Assembly: GCA_965222885.1 (NCBI GenBank)
Contig: OZ244973.1
Coordinates: 1,398,172 to 1,462,171, forward strand
Source of the DNA: Terriglobia bacterium
GTDB lineage: Bacteria > Acidobacteriota > Terriglobia > UBA7540 > JAPUME01
DNA: 64,000 bases
Direction: 5' to 3'
Shown in pieces: positions 19,568-29,515 of the stretch (positions are counted from its first letter, which is position 1; each line of letters opens with the position of its first letter). The notes beneath the pieces were generated by a model. It saw only the letters and a list, made by a program, of their open reading frames with translations, was not told the origin of the DNA and made no database searches. A program made the position numbers and the translations under genes.

Positions 19568-19722
19568 GCGATCAACTCCTCAGCCGGGTGATGAATCGGT
19601 GACGCATCATGGGTCTCGCTATCGGCCTTCGTAACTTGATTATAGCATCTCCTAAGAACCGTCCGGTTGCGCGCTCGACCCGGCACTCGCTCGCGGAGTT
19701 ATAATGGCATGAGGAGGATTGC

Positions 19723-20736
19723 GTGGGTATGTCGAGGTACTCGCGGCAGATTTTATTCCCGCCCATCGGCGCTGAGGGACAAAAGCGGATCGAACAATCC
19801 CAGGCGTTGATCGTGGGTTGCGGGGCTTTGGGAACCGCACAAGCCAACGCATTGGTCCGCGCCGGGTTGGGTAAACTTCGGATTGTGGACCGCGACTTCG
19901 TCGAGGAGAGCAATTTGCAGCGTCAGTTGCTCTTTGAAGAATCCGATGCCCGGGACAATCTCCCCAAGGCCATTGCCGCCGAGCAGAGGCTTAAGGCCGT
20001 CAATCGGTCGGTTGTGGTGGAAGGGGTGGTGGAGGATTTCAATGCATCGAATTGCGAAGAGTTGACCGAGGGCTCACAATTGATTCTCGACGGGACCGAT
20101 AACTTTGAGACCCGTTATTTGCTGAATGAAATATCGATCCGGGAGGAAATTCCCTGGATTTACGGCGGAGCGGTCGGCAGCGCCGGCAGTACCCTGACCG
20201 TTGTTCCCGGACGCACCGCTTGCCTGAGCTGTGTGTTTCCCTCACCTCCCCAGGGCTTGCATGAGACATGTGACACGGTAGGAATACTCTCCTCGGCGGC
20301 GAGCTGGACCGCAGCCGTCCAGGTGGCCGAGGCGTTGAAAGTCCTGATCGGCAGATGGGATGACCTTCACGGCTGCTTTCTTACCTATGACGTTTGGCTG
20401 AACCGTTTCGGCCAAATTCATACCCAGCCGAACTCTTCCTGTCCGGTCTGCCGGAGGCGGGAGTTCTTATATCTGGTAGGGCGCGGCTCTACACGAGTCA
20501 GTCTCTGTGGACGCAACTCCGTTCAGATCCACCAGCGGGAATCGCGCCGTATCGACCTCGATCAACTTAAAACAAGGCTGGAGAAGGTGGGGACGGTTCG
20601 AGCCAATGCCTACCTGCTCCGATGTCTCCTCAACGAATATGAGCTTACCGTCTTTCCTGACGGGCGCACCATCGTCAAAGGAACCCAGGACACAGCCGTT
20701 GCCCGCAGCCTTTACGCGCGCTACGTGGGCGGCTGA
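19723..20736 (+). CDS. thiF: ThiF-family adenylyltransferase (Bacillus-type, with C-terminal extra domain)
   Basis: SRYSRQILFPPIGAEGQKRI, Rossmann IVGCGALGTAQA, DRDFVEESNLQRQ, CxxC pairs (CLSC, CPVC). The roughly 85-aa C-terminal domain ends in ...YARYVGG. Confidence 0.7.
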   Translation: MGMSRYSRQILFPPIGAEGQKRIEQSQALIVGCGALGTAQANALVRAGLGKLRIVDRDFVEESNLQRQLLFEESDARDNLPKAIAAEQRLKAVNRSVVVEGVVEDFNASNCEELTEGSQLILDGTDNFETRYLLNEISIREEIPWIYGGAVGSAGSTLTVVPGRTACLSCVFPSPPQGLHETCDTVGILSSAASWTAAVQVAEALKVLIGRWDDLHGCFLTYDVWLNRFGQIHTQPNSSCPVCRRREFLYLVGRGSTRVSLCGRNSVQIHQRESRRIDLDQLKTRLEKVGTVRANAYLLRCLLNEYELTVFPDGRTIVKGTQDTAVARSLYARYVGG

Positions 20737-20822
20737 AATGCCGTGAAAAACCGGCCGGCCTTCCATTCGCAGGATGTCTTCAGGGTGGATTAACCCCTAA
20801 TGCTCACCAGCGAAAAGGGGAG

Positions 20823-21674
20823 TCACCCCGGCACGGGGGCGGGGGTAGAGGGGCGGCGTTTATCCTCGTACATTCTTCTGTCGGTAGCCGCCAGGGCTTG
20901 ATCGGCGGAATCTCCGGCGCGGTGAAGGTGACAACCCAGACTCAGGCGGAGCGTCAGGTTTCCGATGCGGTTGTTTTGCCGCCAATGCTCCAGGCGTTGA
21001 TGGATTCGCCGCTGGACCATGGTCGATCCGGATTCATCCGTTTCTGGGAGGATCAGGAGGAATTCGTCTCCTCCATGGCGGACGATGTAGTCGGAGCCCC
21101 GGATGCAGGAGCGGAGAATCTTGGCTACTTCCCCCAGCACGAAGTCACCCGTCAGATGACCGAGTCGGTCATTGATCTCCTTGAACCTGTCGATATCCGC
21201 CATCATCAGACTTAAGGGCCGGGAGTTGCGTTCGGCGCTGGCAATCTCATTTTGGAGCAGCTCGCGGAGGAGACTACGGTTGAAAACCTGCGTCACCGAG
21301 TCAAGCATCGTGTTCGACAAGCGGGATTGCGACTCCAGAAGCTGACTGACATTGGACAATCGCACCTTTCGAATCTCCATCTGCTGGCGAACCAGAGCGA
21401 GAGCCAGGATCAACACCAGGATCATGAATACAAAGAGCACTGGAGGGGAAACAGTGAAGGTGACGATAAAAGGGTTCGAGCCCCAGAAGCTGTCGGAAAT
21501 CAGGAAAGAGAGGAACCCCAGGATCAGAACCGCCGCTACGAACCCGATCAGGGTCCACATTTTCCAGCCCCGGGATTCTAACTGCCGAAGCTCGGAAATC
21601 AGACGCCGCCGGGGACCGAGTTGTTCTATGTCCTCCGGGCGATCCCGTTGGAAAGGTCCCTTCAATCGCTCCAC
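20823..21674 (-). CDS. membrane-anchored diguanylate cyclase (GGDEF) with I-site
   Basis: Two N-terminal TM helices. The active site is RHGGDEF, with RGSD (RxxD) five residues upstream. Confidence 0.8.
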   Translation of the reverse strand: MERLKGPFQRDRPEDIEQLGPRRRLISELRQLESRGWKMWTLIGFVAAVLILGFLSFLISDSFWGSNPFIVTFTVSPPVLFVFMILVLILALALVRQQMEIRKVRLSNVSQLLESQSRLSNTMLDSVTQVFNRSLLRELLQNEIASAERNSRPLSLMMADIDRFKEINDRLGHLTGDFVLGEVAKILRSCIRGSDYIVRHGGDEFLLILPETDESGSTMVQRRIHQRLEHWRQNNRIGNLTLRLSLGCHLHRAGDSADQALAATDRRMYEDKRRPSTPAPVPG

Positions 21675-21779
21675 CTCCTGATACTTCTGGCAAACCCAGA
21701 GCTCAAAAGCCCATTATCAGGACACCGGAGTCTGCAATCACCCTGCGCTTCGGTGGGGACTCGACCCGTGAGGGGAGAA

Positions 21780-23330
<1,551 letters not shown>

Positions 23331-23362
23331 CGCTACCTCAGGAGAATAGGTTGTACAGGCTA

Positions 23363-23371
23363 ATTATACCA
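23363..23371 (-). promoter_or_regulatory. extended -10 element TGGTATAAT upstream of pruA
   Basis: The minus strand reads gaTGgTATAATtagcc, about 30 nt upstream of the pruA ATG. No good -35 was seen. Confidence 0.3.
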
Positions 23372-23482
23372 TCAATTTAGCCAAATTTAGGCGACCCCGG
23401 GTAAGACTCCATCCATCGATTCGCGGCCAAAGAGGGATTTTGTTGGCTCTTCAGAATTCCAACCGAAGGGGTGTCTGCGCTC

Positions 23483-24250
23483 TTAAAAGTCCCGGGGCGC
23501 GGGTTCGTTGGGTGGAGGGGAGTGGGTGGAGACGCGAAATTCAAACAGGGCATGGCGTCCGACCTTGGCACCGGGCAGGGGAATCTGCGCGAGGACCCGG
23601 CCCTCCGAGGTCGCTTGCGTAAATTCGAGGGTGACGCTGGCCTTGGGGAGGCCGGAGTTCTCCAGGTCGGCCTCCGCCTGTTGCAGGGAACGGCCAATGA
23701 AATCAGTCGCGAGAAAGCTGGTAGGATTCTCTCCCAGCGAGACCAGCAGAGAAACATTTGGCCTGTGAGCCCCAAGATGGGTCGAGGCAGGCTCTTGCGC
23801 CAGAACCTGATTGGCCTGCGAACCGGAAGAGTACACGCGGGCGACCTCCCCGAGCGTCAGGTTCCGTTGAAACAATGTGATCTGCCCCGCGCGGAGGGTC
23901 TTTCCCACCAAGTTCGGGATGGGGACCGTCTGTTTTCCCAGACTTACCAGAACGTAAGCGGATTGCCCCATCTTTACCTTGCTCCCAGCCGACGGGGCTT
24001 GGGAAATGATCCGACCGGCTTCCCACTGTTCACTGTACAACTGGTCTTCCACCTTGACCTCGATCCGATACGGCCGTAGAAGCTCTTGCCCCTCCTCGAC
24101 CGACAAGCCCACCAATGCGGGGATCGTGTCCTCGAGATTCCGCAGGCTCAGCCGAATGGTCCCGATGGCGCTGAGCACGGCTGCCGACACCAGAACCAAC
24201 GCCAGGAGAATCCATTTCATCATGCCCACAAAATGCCTTCCGATTGCCAC
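23483..24250 (-). CDS. membrane-anchored triple-PASTA domain protein (no kinase or PBP domain)
   Basis: One TM helix (MMKWILLALVLVSAAVLSAIG) followed by three PASTA-like repeats (IPALVGLSVEEG..., IPNLVGKTLRAG..., ATDFIGRSLQQA...). GTG at 24250, or ATG at 24223/24220. Confidence 0.7.
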   Translation of the reverse strand: MAIGRHFVGMMKWILLALVLVSAAVLSAIGTIRLSLRNLEDTIPALVGLSVEEGQELLRPYRIEVKVEDQLYSEQWEAGRIISQAPSAGSKVKMGQSAYVLVSLGKQTVPIPNLVGKTLRAGQITLFQRNLTLGEVARVYSSGSQANQVLAQEPASTHLGAHRPNVSLLVSLGENPTSFLATDFIGRSLQQAEADLENSGLPKASVTLEFTQATSEGRVLAQIPLPGAKVGRHALFEFRVSTHSPPPNEPAPRDF

Positions 24251-24388
24251 GGGCGAATCCAGCCTCCAAAAACGAATTCAATTCCGGCCAGTTTAGCATA
24301 ATCTCTCAGGGGGTATGGGGCGTAGGAAGGTGAAGGCTATACGGCACGGGTAGGTCTAACTATTATCCAGGTTGAATTTTTAACGGGA

Positions 24389-25750
24389 TCATGCACCGGA
24401 GTTGCGGATCAGGATTGCGGCAAAGAACCCGTCCATGTCGTCTCGCGCCGGCTGCGTGCGAAAAAACCCGTGCGCGTCGAAAAGATCATGGAGGGTGGGA
24501 TGTTCTTGGATCAGTTGATCTCGCGAGAGCAGGGCTACCCCAGGCTCATCGGCCAGAACCGACCGCACGACCTGCTCATTTTCCTCGGGCTCGAGCGAGC
24601 AGGTGGCGTACACGAGTCGTCCTCCCGGCTTCAGACTTCGGACCCCCGTCGCCAGAAGTTTGCGCTGTAAATCTCCCTGCCGAGCCGGATCGTGGGGGGA
24701 TAGTCTCCACTTGATCTCGGGGTTACGCGCCAGGGTGCCGGTTCCCGAGCAGGGAGCATCCACAAGAACTTTTTCAAATCGGGTCGTAAAGGGAAGCTGA
24801 CGGGTTCCGTCACAGCAAATCCAGAAAGGCTGCCGGGAGGCTTGAGAGCCCGCGACGCTGGCCCTTGAAAGCCGCCGCGCCGTTTTCAGTCGGCGCAGGC
24901 TCAGATCGCAAGCCAGGATACGGCCTTTCACGGCCAGACCCGCGAGGTGGCGGGTTTTCATTCCGGGCGCCGCACAAAGATCAAGCACGGTATCGGCTTC
25001 ACGTATCCTGAGGAGAAAGGGAACCAGTTGGGAAGCTTCGTCCTGGATTGCGACCCTGCCCCGCCGAAAAGCGTCTGTGGTTTGGACGCTACCCTCGAGC
25101 ACTCGAATCCCGACCGGAGAGAAGCGGCAGGGACGAACGACCACACGCTCTCCGGCAACCGAATCCAAGATCTCTTGCCGCTGAGCCTTGCTCGTGAGGA
25201 CCCGGAGGGTGAGGGGCGGTGGTAGGTTGTTTCGCTGGGCAAGTTGAAGGGCCGCGTCATGGCCCAGACTGCGGGACCATTTCTCGAGCAGCCAGGCCGG
25301 ATGCCCGAACCGCAGACTCTCCGCTTCGGGATTGTCCAGACCCGCAAGGAAGCGATCCAGAGGCCGGCGGTCGCACTTCCGGAGCACGGCATTCACCAAG
25401 CCGGCCGCCGAGCGTTTTCGCGCGCGCTTCGTCAATTCCACCGCATCATTGACCGCGGCGGATTGGGGAACTTTCTCGAGATACCGGATCTGATAGACGC
25501 CCAAGCGGAGCGCCGCCAACACCTCCCGGTCCAGCGAAGCCGCAACGGAACCCGAGAGCTTCTCGATCAGGAAATCCAACTGATTTCGCCGGCGAAGAAT
25601 GCCCAGGACCAGCTCCTGCACCAGGTTTCGGTCGCGGGGGTCCAGTTCATTTACCGGGGAGCGGTGGAGCAGGTCCACGGCAAACAGGCGGCTGGTCTCC
25701 AGGCGGAGCAGGATTTTGAAAGCGGCTTGTCGCGCCGGCGAGATGCGCAA
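24389..25750 (-). CDS. rsmB: 16S rRNA (cytosine967-C5)-methyltransferase
   Basis: NusB-like N-domain plus a Sun/NOL1 MTase: VLDLCAAPGMKT, VLVDAPCSGTGT, ATCS. Confidence 0.85.
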   Translation of the reverse strand: MRISPARQAAFKILLRLETSRLFAVDLLHRSPVNELDPRDRNLVQELVLGILRRRNQLDFLIEKLSGSVAASLDREVLAALRLGVYQIRYLEKVPQSAAVNDAVELTKRARKRSAAGLVNAVLRKCDRRPLDRFLAGLDNPEAESLRFGHPAWLLEKWSRSLGHDAALQLAQRNNLPPPLTLRVLTSKAQRQEILDSVAGERVVVRPCRFSPVGIRVLEGSVQTTDAFRRGRVAIQDEASQLVPFLLRIREADTVLDLCAAPGMKTRHLAGLAVKGRILACDLSLRRLKTARRLSRASVAGSQASRQPFWICCDGTRQLPFTTRFEKVLVDAPCSGTGTLARNPEIKWRLSPHDPARQGDLQRKLLATGVRSLKPGGRLVYATCSLEPEENEQVVRSVLADEPGVALLSRDQLIQEHPTLHDLFDAHGFFRTQPARDDMDGFFAAILIRNSGA

Positions 25751-26002
25751 GGATGGGATACCGTGTTTTTCAGCGCCCGGTTAGGGGTTACTCTGGCCGT
25801 GGGTCGGGTTCCGCGTTCTCTTCCGTCAGGAGTTGACCCTGTTGCCCCAACGCAAGGGGAAGACCAGACAGGTTGATCTTGGTTTATGGGGGGCGGGACC
25901 CGCCATTGCGAGTCTCGATTTGCCGCGACGGTGGATCACCTCCATCGACGGCCCACCCCACTCTCCGGTCGAAACCGGGGCCCCCTCGGAGGTCGGGTGA
26001 TC

Positions 26003-26425
26003 TTACCTCTTGCTGATCAAAGAGTAGCCGCTGATGGTATTGCAGGCGTCCTTGACAGAGTTACCCAGACTGCGGGTGGAGTTGGCGAAGATCAGATCGC
26101 CGTCCTTGTTGAAAACGGCAACCTTATTATCCCTATTCAGGAGGGCCTTGCCGCCTTCGTGTTCGAGGAAGACAATAAAATCGGCTTTATGCTCGCGGAT
26201 GGTCACGATGGCCTGAGGGCACCTATCGTTGAAGGTCTTCATGATTTCCACTCTTTGCGGCCTCGCGCCACCTTGGAAGCCGCCACCGCCGCTACCTTCG
26301 ACTTCCGCGTTGGCTCCTACCATTTGCCAGGAACTACTCTCTTCAATAAACACTCGAGGCTTGTCGGCGCCGAATGCGGTTTGTGACAATAAGAACAGAC
26401 AGACCACAATACCTAATCGATACAT
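26003..26425 (-). CDS. hypothetical small secreted protein
   Basis: ATG at 26425 after GGGAGGAA. Signal MYRLGIVVCLFLLSQTAFGA, then a Gly-rich loop GSGGGGFQGG. No family recognised. Confidence 0.5.
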   Translation of the reverse strand: MYRLGIVVCLFLLSQTAFGADKPRVFIEESSSWQMVGANAEVEGSGGGGFQGGARPQRVEIMKTFNDRCPQAIVTIREHKADFIVFLEHEGGKALLNRDNKVAVFNKDGDLIFANSTRSLGNSVKDACNTISGYSLISKR

Positions 26426-26514
26426 ATTGTTCCTCCCTATTTTTCTGATTGTGTTTGGCGTCAGTCGCATACCTGTATAGAAATCGTGGAATGATCGAGG
26501 TTTCGACATTTTTG

Positions 26515-27474
26515 TTACCCATCACCCAGCCGCTCGCCGGGCTGCAACCGGACTCCGTTGGCGAAGTCGCGAGCCGTGATTCGGTTCCGCCCCTCCCGTT
26601 GGACCTGTTTCAGTTCCAACCAGGTGTTTCCACCGCAGGCCACAAAAACCTTGCCGCGGCCGGCGGCCAGCCTTCCGGGAATTGCGGCCAACTCCTGCTG
26701 ACCTCCGCTCTCGGGAGCGCCCGGTGCCGGTACCGCCCACCAGACGTGCAACGGCTTGCCACGAAAAGTGGTAAAGGCCCCGGGCCAGGGCCGCAGGCCG
26801 CGAACTCGTCCAAAGACCCTATCGGCCGGGAGGGTCCAATCGATTACCCCGTCGGACTTCTTGAGCATCGCAGCATGGGTGGCGAGCGAGTGATCTTGGG
26901 GTTGAGGCTGGATTTCCCCCTTTCTCAGCTTCCGGAGGGTTTCGACCATCAACTCCGCCCCCGCAAGGCTCAACCGCTCCGCGAGGGACTCGGTGGTGTC
27001 GTCGGGCGCGATTGCGAGGGTCCGGCTCAGCAGCACGGGACCGGTGTCGAGGCCGGCGTCGATCTGCATCGTGGTCACGCCGGTCACCTTTTCCCCGTGG
27101 ATCAGGGCCGCCTGAATGGGTGCGGCACCGCGATGCCTGGGCAGTAGGGAGGCGTGGAGGTTGATGCAGCCGAGCCGGGGAATCTCGATCATCCAGGGTG
27201 GAATGATGTGCCCGTAGGCTACCACCACGATGGCGTCCGGGCGAGCGGAGGCAATCGGTTCCCGCACCCTCGCGGTTTTGAGCTTCGCGGGTTGGAATAC
27301 TTCGAGTCGAAGCCTCTCGGCCGCCTGCTTCACCGGCGGCGGTTGGACGCGGTAGCCGCGCCCTACCGGTTCGTCCGGGTTGGTGAGAACCAGGACAATC
27401 TCGAAGCCTTCGGTGGCGAGCTTTTCCAGAGTGGGGACGGCAAAACTCGGGGTTCCGCAGAAAATGATTCTCAT
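26515..27474 (-). CDS. fmt: methionyl-tRNA formyltransferase
   Basis: MRIIFCGTPSFAVP, NLHASLLPRHRGAAPIQ. Confidence 0.9.
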   Translation of the reverse strand: MRIIFCGTPSFAVPTLEKLATEGFEIVLVLTNPDEPVGRGYRVQPPPVKQAAERLRLEVFQPAKLKTARVREPIASARPDAIVVVAYGHIIPPWMIEIPRLGCINLHASLLPRHRGAAPIQAALIHGEKVTGVTTMQIDAGLDTGPVLLSRTLAIAPDDTTESLAERLSLAGAELMVETLRKLRKGEIQPQPQDHSLATHAAMLKKSDGVIDWTLPADRVFGRVRGLRPWPGAFTTFRGKPLHVWWAVPAPGAPESGGQQELAAIPGRLAAGRGKVFVACGGNTWLELKQVQREGRNRITARDFANGVRLQPGERLGDG

Positions 27475-27512
27475 GGTCGATGGCAGGCGACTTCGTTGCG
27501 TGAATCAACTGC

Positions 27513-27750
27513 GACCTCTTTGGGTTGGCCTCCGAAGCAGTTCACGGGCGACTCATGTTGCCCAGCTTTCACGCGGCGGCGGATCTGGCGTTTGATCGAT
27601 TCGCGCTTCAGTATATTGAGATGCCGACAAGACCTCTTTGGGTTGGCCGCTGAAGCGGTTCAAGGGCAACTGAATTACCACTGCCCGGCTTTCACGCGGC
27701 GGCGGATCTGGCGTTTGATCGATTCGCGCTTCAGCATACTGAGATGCCGA
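27513..27750. repeat. tandem duplication (about 115 nt plus about 120 nt) of the def 3' end and downstream spacer
   Basis: Copy 1 is 27513-27627 and copy 2 is 27631-27750. An 18-nt block (gacctctttgggttggcc) is identical. A 45-nt core is also identical (27567-27611 = 27690-27734). The copies differ by a 5-nt indel around the def stop. Confidence 0.85.
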
Positions 27751-28184
27751 ATATAGAGAATGCCGTTCAGGTGGTCAATCTCGTGGGCAAAGGCACGGGC
27801 CAGCAGTCCCTCGCCGGTAAAAGTGAACTCCTTCCCATGAAGGTTCTGTGCCTGCACGGAAACGCGCGCCGAGCGCGGTGTCTTGGCCCGAAAGTCGGGC
27901 AGACTCAGGCAACCCTCTTCTCCGTTCTGGGCTCCCTCCCGGCTCAGGATGACCGGGTTGGCAAGAACCAGCTTGGCGCCCGGCTTCTCAGTGGTGGTGG
28001 TGTCGATAACACAGAGGCTTTTGGAAATTCCGATTTGAGGGGCTGCCAGCCCCACTCCATTGGCTGCATACATGGTCTCCCACATGTCCTCCACCAGTTT
28101 TTCCAATTCCGCGTTAAATTCCGCAACCGGCTCGCCGAATTTTTTCAGCACCGGGTTGCCGTATTTGACGATGGGATAGATCAT
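27675..28184 (-). CDS. def: peptide deformylase
   Basis: GVGLAAPQIG, EGCLS, HEIDHLNG motifs. Confidence 0.9.
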   Translation of the reverse strand: MIYPIVKYGNPVLKKFGEPVAEFNAELEKLVEDMWETMYAANGVGLAAPQIGISKSLCVIDTTTTEKPGAKLVLANPVILSREGAQNGEEGCLSLPDFRAKTPRSARVSVQAQNLHGKEFTFTGEGLLARAFAHEIDHLNGILYIRHLSMLKRESIKRQIRRRVKAGQW

Positions 28185-28250
28185 GTTGCAAGCGTAAGGT
28201 TCCTTTTCGGGGATTATCGATTCCGTGGATTTCCAGGAGAGGGAAGCCGA

Positions 28251-29432
28251 CTAAAATTTTCGTACTTGTTCCATGTATCCGTCAAAATTCCGGCGGGTCT
28301 CTTGCAGGGAATCGCCGCCGAACTTCTCCAGAAATGCCCCGGCCAGCACCCAGGCCACCATGGCCTCACCCACCACTCCGGCGGACGGCACCACGCAGAC
28401 GTCCGACCGTTCATAAGCTGCCTTGACGGATTCTTTGGATTCGAGGTCCACTGACTCCAGCGGCCGGCGCAGGGTCGAGATAGGCTTCAGATAACCCCGC
28501 ACAATGACGTCCTCGCCGTTCGTGATGCCGCCTTCGAGTCCTCCGGCCCGGTTGGTGGGGCGGACGAATTGTGACTGGTCCCGGTCATACGCAATGGCGT
28601 CGTGGACGCGCGAGCCGAAGCGCAGCGCGTTCCGGATGCCGGTGCCGATCTCGATCCCCTTGACGGCCTGAATGGACATCACGGCTTGAGCCAGTTGGCC
28701 GTCCAGGCGCCGGTCCCATTGGGTGTGTGAGCCCAACCCCGGCGGCACAGGGTGAGCCACCACCTCAAAGATGCCACCCACCGAATCCTTGGTCTTGAGC
28801 GCCGCATCGACTTCCGCTTTCATACGTGCCTCGATCTCCGGGTCCACGCAATTGAGCAGCACTTCCGTGCGGTCGCGTAGGGCGCGGATTTTTTCCCAAG
28901 GCACATCACCTTCGGGAAGCTCCGCGGTGCCCACGGCAATGACGTGGCTGGCGAGCTCAACCCCGAATTGCGCCAGAAACACCTGGGCCAACGCGCCGAC
29001 AGCGACCCGAGCCGCCGTCTCCCGGGCGCTCGCACGCTCCAGCACATAGCGTCCTTCGCGGAAGTTGTATTTCAGACAACCGGCCAAGTCGGCATGGCCC
29101 GGCCGGGGCGGCGATAGGGGGCGATATTTGTCGCGGGCTTCCGGACGGTCTTCCACCGCGAGAGCGTCCTGCCAGTTGGCCCAATCCCGATTTTCGATGA
29201 GGAGGGTGATCGGAGATCCGATGGTCTTCCCATGCCGGACTCCCGCAAGAAACTGGGCCCGGTCGGATTCGATCTTCATGCGCCCGCCGCGTCCGTAGCC
29301 CCCCTGGCGGCGGCGTAACTGCTTGCCGATAAAATCGAAATCCACCCTTAGACCCGCCGGCAAGCCCTGAACGATGGCTACCAATCCCTGGCCGTGTGAC
29401 TCTCCCGCGGTTTGAAAATTAAGAGTGGACAT
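28251..29432 (-). CDS. aroC: chorismate synthase
   Basis: MSTLNFQTAGESHGQGLVAIVQGLPAGL, GRSSARETA-like SARETAARV. Confidence 0.9.
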   Translation of the reverse strand: MSTLNFQTAGESHGQGLVAIVQGLPAGLRVDFDFIGKQLRRRQGGYGRGGRMKIESDRAQFLAGVRHGKTIGSPITLLIENRDWANWQDALAVEDRPEARDKYRPLSPPRPGHADLAGCLKYNFREGRYVLERASARETAARVAVGALAQVFLAQFGVELASHVIAVGTAELPEGDVPWEKIRALRDRTEVLLNCVDPEIEARMKAEVDAALKTKDSVGGIFEVVAHPVPPGLGSHTQWDRRLDGQLAQAVMSIQAVKGIEIGTGIRNALRFGSRVHDAIAYDRDQSQFVRPTNRAGGLEGGITNGEDVIVRGYLKPISTLRRPLESVDLESKESVKAAYERSDVCVVPSAGVVGEAMVAWVLAGAFLEKFGGDSLQETRRNFDGYMEQVRKF

Positions 29433-29515
29433 CGGATGCTCGCCCCCGCGCTCACGGTGCGATTTTAATGGATTGGCCGCTTCTCGTCAAAAAATCCTTC
29501 CGGCAGGGGTTGAAT

